The notes below the pieces were generated by a model, which saw nothing but the letters and a program-made list of their open reading frames with translations, ran no database searches and had not been told where the DNA came from. A stretch of 64,000 nucleotides of DNA from Pseudomonadota bacterium (GTDB lineage Bacteria; Pseudomonadota; Gammaproteobacteria; Steroidobacterales; Steroidobacteraceae), in assembly GCA_023433465.1 (NCBI GenBank), contig JAEZCR010000026.1, positions 4,989 through 68,988 of the forward strand, written 5' to 3'. Made by a program: the position numbers and the translations under genes. Shown here in pieces: positions 36,884-46,788 of this stretch. How positions within the stretch are numbered: position 1 is the first letter of the stretch; every line of letters starts with the position of its first letter.

Positions 36884-37785
36884 AACTCATCGGATGCCCA
36901 CGGCCTCGTCGGCGTGGCCACCGCGGCGGCGACACGGCGCAAGGCTGCGCGATTGTCCTCTTCGGAGTCGTCATCGACTTCGCCGAAGACGGCCGTCCAG
37001 CCGGACGACTGGACCAACGCGAGCGTCTGTCTGGCAACCGACCGCAAAGTCGACCGCGCCGCGTCTAGGGCAGGAGAAAGGTCGTTGCCCTCCGGGTTCG
37101 CGGGGTCCTCAACCGTGAGGTTGTCGATGTTGTCGCGGAACTCCGTCAGCACGTGTTCGAGCTGTGATTCGAGGCTCGACCGTTTGCGCCCGTCGAGCAG
37201 CTTGATGACCGAGAGTTCAAGCACAAAGTGCTTGAATGCGATCCCATTGCGGACCTTCCACAGCTTCACCAATCTGATTGCGTCGGTGACGCCGCTGTCG
37301 CGCACGTGCTCGATATGCACGTCGATGTTCGTCTTCAGGCGCTTCTTTTCCGCGCTTGACTGGTAGAGAAACGCGTCCGTCTTGGTGTCGTCGGTGAATC
37401 TGCCCGGCACCACGTCGATGTGGAAGTCGAGCCCCCTGCGCGTCGGGTCGGCATCCTTCAATCGAAGCGCCGAAGTCTTCGGTTCAACGACGTACTCCTT
37501 CTGGAGCGCGATCTTCGCGTTGTTGTAGATGTCCTCGAGGGTGCCGCCCGCGTCTTCGTCGTCGCGCGGGAAGTAGCAGATGATGTCGAGGTCATAGGAC
37601 TCCTTGATCATCGTTCCCTTCGCCTTCGAACCACCGTATCGAATCGTCGGTGAACTGTCCGCGAAGTGGTCGCGGAGGAGTTTCTCGACATCTGCGCGGT
37701 GATTCTGCAACGCCTTCAGTTCCGCGCTTCCTTCGGCGAGGATCTGAGCGTCAAGCACTTTCTTGAGATATTCGTTCGTGGTCAT
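36880..37785 (-). CDS. CD-NTase (cGAS/DncV-like nucleotidyltransferase, SMODS)
   Basis: Pol-beta NTase motifs GGSKAKGT and YDLDI, plus the third acidic residue in FHIDVVPG. Confidence 0.8.
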   Translation of the reverse strand: MTTNEYLKKVLDAQILAEGSAELKALQNHRADVEKLLRDHFADSSPTIRYGGSKAKGTMIKESYDLDIICYFPRDDEDAGGTLEDIYNNAKIALQKEYVVEPKTSALRLKDADPTRRGLDFHIDVVPGRFTDDTKTDAFLYQSSAEKKRLKTNIDVHIEHVRDSGVTDAIRLVKLWKVRNGIAFKHFVLELSVIKLLDGRKRSSLESQLEHVLTEFRDNIDNLTVEDPANPEGNDLSPALDAARSTLRSVARQTLALVQSSGWTAVFGEVDDDSEEDNRAALRRVAAAVATPTRPWASDEL

Positions 37786-37787
37786 AG

Positions 37788-38987
37788 TTAGTTCACTTCT
37801 ACTGCCAATGTAAATCCGCCGGTCGCCTTATTGGCGTCGTACACCAGCAGCTTCGGATCAATTTTCGGAAGCACCTCGCGTCCGCAGAGCACGGCCACGG
37901 GCGCGGGAACGGCGGGAAATAGGTGGAGCTCAGCCACACCGGGATGCGACCCGCCTATCTTTCTGAGGGCGGATTGATACGCGATCTGGAACGCCTTCAA
38001 ATCCTGGCGCGAGTTCAGGAACGTCGGGACGGGCTCGATTCCATCGAGCGTCAACTCGTAGACGGTGTACCGATCGTCGATTGTGGGCGGAAGCGATCCC
38101 AGGTGAATTCGGCCACTGAGCGATAGGCACAGCGCTACGCTCGTAGGATCGGTTCCGCTTCTCAGCGTGTTGAGGGTGAACTCGACGGGTGCATCCGTCG
38201 TTTTCCACCCCCACCGCCCTGTGTCACGGTGACGCTGAAAGACCTCCGAAGGAACTTTATCGCTCAGTTCGCGCCCGAGGCACACCAGGAGCGGAATCGG
38301 GCCGAGCGCAAACACCGAAACGTGCTGAACAGCGACGCCGTCCAGACCCGTCGATGAGAGCGACGCGACCTTCTGCGCGATCTCGCGGCGCGCGAGGTTG
38401 ATGAAATCGGACCCTGCGTCATCGATTGACGTCAGGTCGATGACGATCCCCTTCCTGTCGGCCGGATACCGCGGCTCGACTGCACGCGTGACGTCGTGGT
38501 ACGGAATCTCCACGGTGCGCCCGGCGATCCGCGCCTTGAGCTGGATCACCGTTGTCTTGTGGTCTTCCGCAAATCCGGTGATATGGCGAATGCGTTCCTC
38601 GTGGGAACGTTTCGCCGCCTTCAACCGGGTGATCGTGTATTCGCGGGGGTTGTCGTCGATCAGCTTGTGGCACGGGGGACAGAGCAGCATCAGGTTGCTG
38701 ACATCGTTGATCCGATCCGCGGCAACCTTCTTATTCGCGCGCGGCCCGCGACCGCTGAAGGCAACGATGTGCGCTTGCTGGCCAAAGTTTCCAGGCGTCA
38801 GCGTCAGCCGATGCTCCAGCAGGAAGTCGTTGCAGCCAGGGAACTCGCACCGACCCCCCGCCGCCACGAAAAGCTGCAGCTGCGTGTGGTGTTTGATCGC
38901 GCGCGTCCGGACCAGCGTCACCGGCGACGCTTTTCGTTCGCTTACCTGCTTTGCGCGCTTCTTGGGATGCCGAGTAGACATACCCAA
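37788..38987 (-). CDS. cap5: CBASS effector Cap5 (HNH endonuclease fused to SAVED sensor domain)
   Basis: HNH motifs CEFPGCN...QAHIVAF...NLMLLCPPCHKLID, followed by a ~270-aa SAVED-like C-terminal region. It ends 2 nt before the CD-NTase start. Confidence 0.75.
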   Translation of the reverse strand: MGMSTRHPKKRAKQVSERKASPVTLVRTRAIKHHTQLQLFVAAGGRCEFPGCNDFLLEHRLTLTPGNFGQQAHIVAFSGRGPRANKKVAADRINDVSNLMLLCPPCHKLIDDNPREYTITRLKAAKRSHEERIRHITGFAEDHKTTVIQLKARIAGRTVEIPYHDVTRAVEPRYPADRKGIVIDLTSIDDAGSDFINLARREIAQKVASLSSTGLDGVAVQHVSVFALGPIPLLVCLGRELSDKVPSEVFQRHRDTGRWGWKTTDAPVEFTLNTLRSGTDPTSVALCLSLSGRIHLGSLPPTIDDRYTVYELTLDGIEPVPTFLNSRQDLKAFQIAYQSALRKIGGSHPGVAELHLFPAVPAPVAVLCGREVLPKIDPKLLVYDANKATGGFTLAVEVN

Positions 38988-39027
38988 CAGTGTAAGCTTC
39001 CGCTGTACAGTGTCAAGGACGCCGCAG

Positions 39028-39735
39028 CTACAGCATCATTTGACCGTTCTTCTCAAGCCTATAAAGGTCTTCGAGCCGATACTGCGCCACCACCGGATTT
39101 ACATCGAAAATCTCGGACAAGAGCGCCGCCGCGTCCGAAAATTTCTCTGGTTCCAAGATCGTCCCGCCGAGTCCGCCGCTCGAGACCATCATCGGCTTCA
39201 GCGCAGCCGCGACCAATCCCCGAGGTAGGAGCAGACCACCAATCGTCCGATTCGCCTGGTACTCGGACCACGTGGACTTCGGGCGAACTGCCGCTTCCAG
39301 AGGGCTACCCAATACCTCGCGGCAGAGAATCTGACGGCCCTGGCACGCATCACGGTCGAAAAGGTTCGTCTTCGGTTGCGCTAGCGCAAACAAATGCGCG
39401 TGGAGAAATCCGTGACCAGCCTCGTGGGCGAGCGTCGAGCGCACACGCCTTTCGGCCGGTTTACCTTCCTCGTCCGCAAGCTCTCGGGAAATCACGATCG
39501 CCTTGACGCCTTTCTCGCTGAACTCGGTGAAGCCGAGTACGCCATCGGGAAGATCGTCATAGGAAGGCACGATCCCAAATCGCTTTTCGATGAAGCGATC
39601 AATTCGAATTGGTTCAGGCGCTGAGGGGTAGAGGCCGACCTTCCGCAGCTGCTCAACGCACGTGCGATCAATCTCTGCGGGCTCAAAGTGCGGCCGCTCA
39701 GAAAATGGACCCGTGTTCGTGCGAATCGTCTTCAT
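39028..39735 (-). CDS. capP: ImmA/IrrE-family zinc metallopeptidase (CapP-like)
   Basis: HEXXH motif LAHEAGHGFLH. It is coupled to the upstream HTH gene by an ATGA overlap. Confidence 0.7.
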   Translation of the reverse strand: MKTIRTNTGPFSERPHFEPAEIDRTCVEQLRKVGLYPSAPEPIRIDRFIEKRFGIVPSYDDLPDGVLGFTEFSEKGVKAIVISRELADEEGKPAERRVRSTLAHEAGHGFLHAHLFALAQPKTNLFDRDACQGRQILCREVLGSPLEAAVRPKSTWSEYQANRTIGGLLLPRGLVAAALKPMMVSSGGLGGTILEPEKFSDAAALLSEIFDVNPVVAQYRLEDLYRLEKNGQMML

Positions 39736-40085
39736 TTTTTCTTAGAAATCGTCTTCCCTTGCCTGCTCGCCCACTCCTGCAATTGTTCCGCCGTGATCTT
39801 CTTTTCAATCACCGTACGAAATGCCATCGCGAACTTCGGATCGGACTGCGTGACTCGTTTAATGTCTTCAATGGGCGGACGTACATCACGTGACCGGAGT
39901 TCATCTTCGGAGACGCCAAGCACTTTGGCGATTTGCACCAACACCTTCTCCGAAGGATGGCGGCGTCCAAGCTCTATGTCCGACAAGAATGGCGGCGTAC
40001 ATCCAATTTGCCGCGCAATCTCGCGAAGGGATATGTCTCGCTCGTCGCGGACACGCCGTATGTATTCTCCAAGTGTTTCGCTCAT
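39732..40085 (-). CDS. capH: XRE-family helix-turn-helix regulator (CapH-like)
   Basis: LGEYIRRVRDERDISLREIARQIGCTPPFLSDIELGRR is a classic XRE HTH. It is paired with the ImmA-like peptidase. Confidence 0.7.
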   Translation of the reverse strand: MSETLGEYIRRVRDERDISLREIARQIGCTPPFLSDIELGRRHPSEKVLVQIAKVLGVSEDELRSRDVRPPIEDIKRVTQSDPKFAMAFRTVIEKKITAEQLQEWASRQGKTISKKK

Positions 40086-40271
40086 TGTGTAAGCGTAGGA
40101 AGCTTACGGAGATCTGTCAAACACGCCGCGAACGCAACTCTCCTGTGTCATTCGCCGATGAACGGTTCGCCGGCCGAAGTGCCTGTCGCTACTTTCTCTC
40201 CTATCAAGAGGCGGTCAATTCCTCTCGTGATCAACGCCAATCCCGTGTCGTTCCTTGCGCGCGGCGTCCCT

Positions 40272-43200
40272 TCAAATGCCCAGCCTCGGAAGGCTCTTTA
40301 CGATCTTCACGCTTTCGATGCTCACCGTCACGACGCGAAGCAAGAGTTCCAGCGGATAACGCGAGTTCTTCATTGTTTCGACCGCCCATGAGTTCGCGTC
40401 GTTAACGATGCCGCTATCCTTCTCCGTGCGTACACCTTGACGTTCCATCACCCATTCAATAGCGGGCTTGCCGTTGACCACATACTCGAAAGCTTCCTCT
40501 GGTATCCCTCGAATCGTGATGAGTTCGTTGTACTCCACGACCGTGCGATCTTTCTCACCGCCGCGCTTGCCAAACCGCATCTTCTCGACACGATAGTCGG
40601 CCCCTTTAAGGCGCCTACCCCCGCTGTCAACCGTCGCCGCGAACATCTCTTGGCCATCGTAGTCAAGATGAAGTTTCGCAAGCGCGCGCCCCGCGCGGCT
40701 AAACTCCCAAAAACTGTTTGCTCCCGGAACACACGGAATCCTTGGCAACTCCTTTCCGAGATTGTCCGCGTAACGCTCACGATACTCCGGCGAATGCAGC
40801 AATCCGTAGACGTAGTAGAAGACGTCTTCCTTGCTCAAAGTCTCGCCAGGATACGCGGACCGGAAAGTATCGAGCCCGTGATCGGTAATGCCGTCTCGGC
40901 GAATCGAGTCCACATCCGATCCAAACGCGAGTCCGCGCTGTCCGCCAGCTTCTTCGGCTTCGCCTTCTGCCCTCTCAAATACGAAGAGCGGAAAGTACTG
41001 AGACCCCACCATGTCAGTTGCGTGAAGTGAGGTCACCCGATTGGAAATGAAGACTGACCACTGGCTGCGCGACTCGGACGCCGAAACACCGATTACGATG
41101 TTGGCTGAGTGGTCGTCTGGAAAGAACTTCGGCATCAGCAAGACCATCTCGTTCAGGTCTCTTTGAAAGTAAAGCCATTGCGTCATAAAGGGGCGGTACG
41201 TGCTCTTCACGATACAGGCGGGTTCGAAATCGTGCGTTCTGCCTCTCGCAACTTGTTGCTTCAGGCCGCGACTCCAGCTGATCTGTGTCGTGTCGGTTCG
41301 GATGAAGTCAGCCACAGCTGCCTCCTTCTCCTTTGACGTCATCCCCTTGTGGTTCTTGGCGAAGCGTTTGGACTCCCCGTTGAAAAATTGGATCATCCGG
41401 GTCATGTTTTCCGTGACGGCTTCTTTCGAAAAGTTGTAGCACCAAGCGTCCCGGGCCGTCACCACGCCAAGCGAGAAAGTCTCAAAGAGTGCCGGCTCAC
41501 TACCTGTCTTCGATCCCATTGAAATGAATCTTCCGAAGCTGTCATCGCGCTGCTTAAGCCAGTCTCCGTGCGCATCCGGCGTAATCGTCCGCCAAGCATT
41601 CTCTCGAGAAAGGCCTTGGATACTGCCAAAGGCTGAAATCCTCTCTACCTTCTCATCGCGCGTGAGGTAGTCGCCGATATCGTGAAAGTGGATAGCTGCA
41701 GGCCGTGGTGATGATGGGTTCTTCACGAATAGCGAAATCGCCACTGGCGCGCGGCTCCCGACTCCAAAAACGTTGTCCTTTTCCTTCCGCCGCTGTTCGC
41801 CTGAAGTTCTGGCGTTACCGCGCAAATGCAGGACGTAAATGGAGCTGAATTCGTCGGAGAGACATCGGCGCAACCCATCCGTCGTTCCAGCCTCTAAAAA
41901 GTTGGCGTTTGTGACAAAGCCAATAACTCCAGCATCTCCAATGCGGTCTGAAGCCCAACGAATAGCCCTCACGTAACTGTCATACAGGCCGCGCGACAGC
42001 GCAGCTTGTGACCGCGCCGCGTATGTGTTCGCGATCCGCTCATCAAGATTTGGATAGCTCACGTTTTGATTATTTTCGTTTTGACTCTCCTGGCCGATCG
42101 AATATGGCGGATTTCCGATGATGACTCGAATATCTAGTTTCTTCTGGCGCTTTCTGCGCGCGCTGTTATCGATCATCAGCGCTGAAAGCAGATCATCACG
42201 CTCATACATCTGAAAAGTGTCGGTCAGGCATATGCCATCAAAGGGTTCGTAATCTCCACCCACTAGCCCGTGGTATACCGCCTCAATGTTTATCGCCGCG
42301 ATGTAGTACGCGAGAAGCACGATCTCGTTGGCATGAATTTCACCCTTGTACTTTCGACGTAGTTCGTCGGGCCGAATTAACCCGCTTTGGAGAAGACGTG
42401 TGATGAATGTGCCGGTCCCTGTAAATGGATCGATGATGTGAACCCCTGGACTGCCAAGTGTCCCTCCAAATTCTTTCTCAAGAACCTGAGCCACGCTTTG
42501 AATGATGAAGTCAACGACTTCTACTGGCGTGTAAACAATTCCAAGGCGGTCGGTCAGCTTTCGAAACGCATTACGAAAAAATTTGTCGTAGAGCTCAACA
42601 ACGATCTTCTGTTTGCCGGCTGCACTTTCGATCCCTTCGGCTCGCAGCTTCACACTCTCGTAAAACGACTGCAGCGTGCTCGATTCCTTCTCTAAGTGAT
42701 GCTTTTCAAGGACGTCTAGAACACCCTGCATCGCAATCGACATCGGGTTGTGTTTGGCAAAACTATATTGTTCGAACAGCGCATCGAATACGGGCTTGGT
42801 AATGAGATGCTGTGCGAGCATCTCTATAATTTCCGAGTCTGAGACGCTGTCATTGAGGTCGTCACGAAGTTCGCGAGCAAATGCCTGAAAGGCCTCTCTC
42901 TCCCGCTTGTTAGCGGGGTCTCCGACGATTGCAGATATTCTGTCGATGTGCGTACGGGCGATCTTCGCGATGTCATTGGCCCAATCTTCCCAATGTCGAC
43001 GATTTCCAACCTTCTGAACCAGCTTCGCGTAGATCGCTCGCTCGATTTCCCCGATCTCGAACTGCAGCTCGTGCTGATCTTCTTTGCTATAGCGTTTCGG
43101 AGCCGCCTCGCCGATCACAAATTGGTTTTTCGCTCCGGAATCCGCCTTGCTGCCTTTCGTCCTGTCCACCTTTCGATGGATCTTGTCGGTGATGGCGATC

Positions 43201-45182
43201 ACTTCCATCTTTTTTACGTCTTTGCCAACCAAGTCGAGCTTGTTGACCATGGCGTCGAATCGATCGTCGTGCGAACGCAAGGCCTGGAGCACCTGCCAAA
43301 CAACCTTGTAAGTCTGATTGTCATTGAGCGCTTCGTGAGGTTCGATGCCTGGCGGAATCACGACTGGCAAAACAACGTAACCGAGCTTCTTGCCCTCGGC
43401 CTTTCGCATGACTCGTCCGACCGACTGAACGACTTCGACTTGCGAGTTTCTCGGAGCAAGAAACAGAACCGCGTCCAATGCTGGAACGTCGACGCCTTCC
43501 GCAAGGCATCGCACATTGCTCAGCACGCGACAGGTCTGAGGCGGCGGATTGGACTTCAGCCAGCTCAACTTCGCTTCCTTCTCTGACGCGTTCATGCCTC
43601 CATCAACATGCTCCGCTTCGCAGGCTAGTTGAGGCACACCGTCCTCTTCCGCGCCTTCTTGGTACGCCTCCACTACCGCCTGGAACATACCGGCGATGTT
43701 CTTCGAGCTGACCTTGTGAACCTTTGACGCCCTTTGCACCTCAATGACTTGGCAGAAAGCAACCGCGCGATGCATGGGCGCATCGTCTCCAGCCAGACTC
43801 TCCGCAAGCCCATGCTTCGAGAGAGCCTTCCAGCAGCCGATGATTTTGGCGGCGTCGTCAACTCTGAGCTGGTTGTTTTCGTCCTTCAGTAGATTCTGAA
43901 GGCGGCGATTGATGTGCGCTTCCTCGACCGCGAGCACGATAACCTTGTAGTCCACGAGCAAGTCGCGTTTGACTGCATCCGAGAATGTGATTACGTAGAG
44001 CTCGTTGCCGTACTTCTCGACGTCATCCATCCCGTATAGCGCAACGTTATCCCGCTCTGCACTCGCTTTGGCCAGCTCGCCATAGATTCGAGGCGTCGCC
44101 GTCATATAGAGGCGCTTCTTGCTCAACAAATACTTGGCGTCGTGCACGCGGACAAAGTGACTTTCCTCGTCACCCTCAAACTTTGCCCCCGTGGTGCGAT
44201 GTGCTTCGTCACAGATGATGAGGTCAAATCCAGGAAGCCCGTGCTTTTTCTGGGCGGCGCTCACCACGTCGATCGACTGGTAGGTGCCAAACACAACGCT
44301 CATGTGTTTCGAGTCGTGGCGCTTCACCATCTCCGCAGCAAGCCGCTTCGCATCCGTAGTGGCTGGATAGCGCAGCTCGTGGGTGAATGTTTGAACCGTG
44401 TCGTCGTCCTTGCTCCGCTTCTTGCCGACATCACTGTCCGAGCAAACTGCGAAGCTGTGGAGCGGCGTCCCGCTCTCTTGAGTCCACTCTGTGAGCGTTT
44501 GAGAAAGCAGTGCGAGACTTGGCACCAGGAAAAGTACGCGTTTGCCGTTGCCAGCGATCTCTTCGGCGACCTTCAAGCTGGTGAATGTCTTGCCGGTGCC
44601 GCAAGCCATGATCAGCTTGCCGCGGTCGGCAGCTTTCAGACCAGCCAAAACCGCCTCAACGGCGCTCTTCTGATGAGGCCTGAGGCTCTTCTTTGCCTTT
44701 AAGACCGCGGACTTCTTTGCCTGAAATTTTGACCAATCGACCTGGCTGTTCTCGAGATCGTGCAAATCGATCTTGCTGACCGGCGGCTGCTGATCGCGAA
44801 GCGCGTCCTCTGCGTGTTCGGTCCAATGGTTTGTCGTGCTGACAATGACCCTGTACGAGAACTGCTTCTTTCCCGATGCGGTAAAGAAGCTATCGATATC
44901 ACTCTTTTGTAGACGATAACTTTCATCGTAGAGCTTGCATTGGATCGCGTGAAACTCGTTGGTGCCCGCAGTTCTCGCAACAAGATCAATGCCCGCATCC
45001 TGTTTCGTGATGCCCTGCTCAGCTGCCCAATCTCCGTACGACCAGACCTTGTCGTAAAGATCTCGATAGGTGGCTTCGTTACGGAGATAGCAAAGAATCA
45101 GCTCCTCGAAGTACGTGCCCTTTTCGCGTTCGGTAAGAGCAGCGGAACGGTACTCGTCTAAGAGCTTACGTAGAGCGGACAT
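40272..45182 (-). CDS. Type ISP restriction-modification enzyme (Mrr-like nuclease + SF2 translocase + gamma-class N6-adenine methyltransferase + TRD)
   Basis: N-terminal PD-(D/E)xK-like GIDLVAR...HAIQCK. Helicase motif I MACGTGKTFT and motif II ICDEAHR. MTase motif I IIDPFTGTGTF and motif IV IIGNPPYS. 1636 aa in a single polypeptide. Confidence 0.8.
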   Translation of the reverse strand: MSALRKLLDEYRSAALTEREKGTYFEELILCYLRNEATYRDLYDKVWSYGDWAAEQGITKQDAGIDLVARTAGTNEFHAIQCKLYDESYRLQKSDIDSFFTASGKKQFSYRVIVSTTNHWTEHAEDALRDQQPPVSKIDLHDLENSQVDWSKFQAKKSAVLKAKKSLRPHQKSAVEAVLAGLKAADRGKLIMACGTGKTFTSLKVAEEIAGNGKRVLFLVPSLALLSQTLTEWTQESGTPLHSFAVCSDSDVGKKRSKDDDTVQTFTHELRYPATTDAKRLAAEMVKRHDSKHMSVVFGTYQSIDVVSAAQKKHGLPGFDLIICDEAHRTTGAKFEGDEESHFVRVHDAKYLLSKKRLYMTATPRIYGELAKASAERDNVALYGMDDVEKYGNELYVITFSDAVKRDLLVDYKVIVLAVEEAHINRRLQNLLKDENNQLRVDDAAKIIGCWKALSKHGLAESLAGDDAPMHRAVAFCQVIEVQRASKVHKVSSKNIAGMFQAVVEAYQEGAEEDGVPQLACEAEHVDGGMNASEKEAKLSWLKSNPPPQTCRVLSNVRCLAEGVDVPALDAVLFLAPRNSQVEVVQSVGRVMRKAEGKKLGYVVLPVVIPPGIEPHEALNDNQTYKVVWQVLQALRSHDDRFDAMVNKLDLVGKDVKKMEVIAITDKIHRKVDRTKGSKADSGAKNQFVIGEAAPKRYSKEDQHELQFEIGEIERAIYAKLVQKVGNRRHWEDWANDIAKIARTHIDRISAIVGDPANKREREAFQAFARELRDDLNDSVSDSEIIEMLAQHLITKPVFDALFEQYSFAKHNPMSIAMQGVLDVLEKHHLEKESSTLQSFYESVKLRAEGIESAAGKQKIVVELYDKFFRNAFRKLTDRLGIVYTPVEVVDFIIQSVAQVLEKEFGGTLGSPGVHIIDPFTGTGTFITRLLQSGLIRPDELRRKYKGEIHANEIVLLAYYIAAINIEAVYHGLVGGDYEPFDGICLTDTFQMYERDDLLSALMIDNSARRKRQKKLDIRVIIGNPPYSIGQESQNENNQNVSYPNLDERIANTYAARSQAALSRGLYDSYVRAIRWASDRIGDAGVIGFVTNANFLEAGTTDGLRRCLSDEFSSIYVLHLRGNARTSGEQRRKEKDNVFGVGSRAPVAISLFVKNPSSPRPAAIHFHDIGDYLTRDEKVERISAFGSIQGLSRENAWRTITPDAHGDWLKQRDDSFGRFISMGSKTGSEPALFETFSLGVVTARDAWCYNFSKEAVTENMTRMIQFFNGESKRFAKNHKGMTSKEKEAAVADFIRTDTTQISWSRGLKQQVARGRTHDFEPACIVKSTYRPFMTQWLYFQRDLNEMVLLMPKFFPDDHSANIVIGVSASESRSQWSVFISNRVTSLHATDMVGSQYFPLFVFERAEGEAEEAGGQRGLAFGSDVDSIRRDGITDHGLDTFRSAYPGETLSKEDVFYYVYGLLHSPEYRERYADNLGKELPRIPCVPGANSFWEFSRAGRALAKLHLDYDGQEMFAATVDSGGRRLKGADYRVEKMRFGKRGGEKDRTVVEYNELITIRGIPEEAFEYVVNGKPAIEWVMERQGVRTEKDSGIVNDANSWAVETMKNSRYPLELLLRVVTVSIESVKIVKSLPRLGI

Positions 45183-45207
45183 TCAATCTCTCCCTCAAGT
45201 GCTGCCG

Positions 45208-46776
45208 TCATTTCTTCTGCTTCTCTTTCCGCGCGACTTTCGAAGTTGTACTTCTTGCGTCGCCGTTGGTTAGTTCGGCAAGAAACTTCGCAAAGGGCTT
45301 AATGTCTCCGCCCACGCTGGCGCTCTCTAGCGCAGCCATGTAGTCGGCGCGGCGCTCCAGCGGAACGATGACCCAGGGGTATCCGCCGGAAGAGAGCATG
45401 AGATTCATTAGGAATCTACCGATGCGCCCGTTCCCGTCCATGTAAGGATGGATGTACACAAACATGAAGTGACCGAGTACGACGCGCACAGACGCCTCTT
45501 CTTCGCGCTCCAACAACTCGAACAGCGCGGGCATGAGTTCGCGCACCGCTTCGATGTTCGGCGGAGTGTGCATTGATCGCCGGATGTAGACAGGACCATT
45601 GCGGTATCCGGCGAGATCGGCGGCGCGCAGAATGCCTGCCGTGACGCTTGGACCGAATAATTCGCGATACCAAGTTGCGTGGTCGCTATCGGCGATGCGC
45701 CCTGCGTTCTCGCCACCCAATACCTTCTTGATGCTCTGCTCGACAGCCTGAAACGCCTGCCAGTACCCGCGAGCTGCCAACGCGTTTCGGTGTTCCTGAT
45801 CGTCTTTGTTGGTGTCGGGGCTCCAGTTGCCGGCGCGAACCTTCTCGATGAGCGCTGCGCTGACTTTGTACCCCTCAATGGACAACGAGTTGTAGGCGTC
45901 GTTGGCGTAAATCTCTTCAACCTGTTTCAGGTATGCGGCAGTGCTCTTGGGTCGACCAGGTGCGGCCGGAAAGATGGCGAGCACGTCTTCACGCATCCGC
46001 GCCCAGTCCATGCGCATGCGATTGACGTAGGGCGAAGTCTCGCGGGCGCCGAATGCGACAAGTGAGTCATCCTCGAACGGATCGCTTTCGTTAACGGTGT
46101 ATCCGGCGGCCTGCATCGCTCCGACGATGTCATTGGCGATCCGGTCCCGCCCAATGTTTCTGAAGGCGGCCGCCAGCCGGCCTGCGACCGTGCTACGTCC
46201 GCCATCGAGCAGCCGACTGAGCAAGTCCGATGCGTCTTGAACCATGGCGAGCGCCGCGCGCATTTCAGTTGGCCGCGCGGCAAATTGCGCCGGCGAGCAG
46301 GACAGCAATGCGGCGGACAACTTGTAGAGTCTGACGCCGTCTTTCACTTCCCGATCGACGGCGGGAGGCAAATCGAGGCGGACATCGAATATTGACGTCC
46401 CGTGAATGAACTCGGTGGGTTTGTTGTTTCCGCGAGGCGAGCGCACGAGCAATTGTCGCGGCACGGTCCAGTTGCCGGTATGCAAACTAATGGATTGCTC
46501 CGGACTGACGCACCAGTCCTCGCCTAAACGGGAATCGAGATAAGACGAGCAGAAGGACCAGAACGAGGCGTACCAGGAGGTGCTTTCGCCTGCCGGCTCG
46601 TCCGGCCTGCACGGGATGTACCAGCCTCTTATTACCTCTTTTATGAATCCGGCTTTGACCAGACGTTCGCGGTGGGTTCGGCTCATGTCGCTGAAGCGAA
46701 GCGCAACGCGTCCCGCGTCCTGAAGTTCTTTCAGGACGGCAAGAGAAGCGGCCAATTTGTCGGCGGGCGTCGCCAT
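45208..46776 (-). CDS. Fic-domain protein (AMPylase family) with a large N-terminal extension
   Basis: Fic motif HPYMDGNGRIGR. The upstream SLSIEG fits the (S/T)xxxE(G/N) inhibitory-helix motif. Confidence 0.8.
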   Translation of the reverse strand: MATPADKLAASLAVLKELQDAGRVALRFSDMSRTHRERLVKAGFIKEVIRGWYIPCRPDEPAGESTSWYASFWSFCSSYLDSRLGEDWCVSPEQSISLHTGNWTVPRQLLVRSPRGNNKPTEFIHGTSIFDVRLDLPPAVDREVKDGVRLYKLSAALLSCSPAQFAARPTEMRAALAMVQDASDLLSRLLDGGRSTVAGRLAAAFRNIGRDRIANDIVGAMQAAGYTVNESDPFEDDSLVAFGARETSPYVNRMRMDWARMREDVLAIFPAAPGRPKSTAAYLKQVEEIYANDAYNSLSIEGYKVSAALIEKVRAGNWSPDTNKDDQEHRNALAARGYWQAFQAVEQSIKKVLGGENAGRIADSDHATWYRELFGPSVTAGILRAADLAGYRNGPVYIRRSMHTPPNIEAVRELMPALFELLEREEEASVRVVLGHFMFVYIHPYMDGNGRIGRFLMNLMLSSGGYPWVIVPLERRADYMAALESASVGGDIKPFAKFLAELTNGDARSTTSKVARKEKQKK

Positions 46777-46788
46777 GGGCGATTGCTA

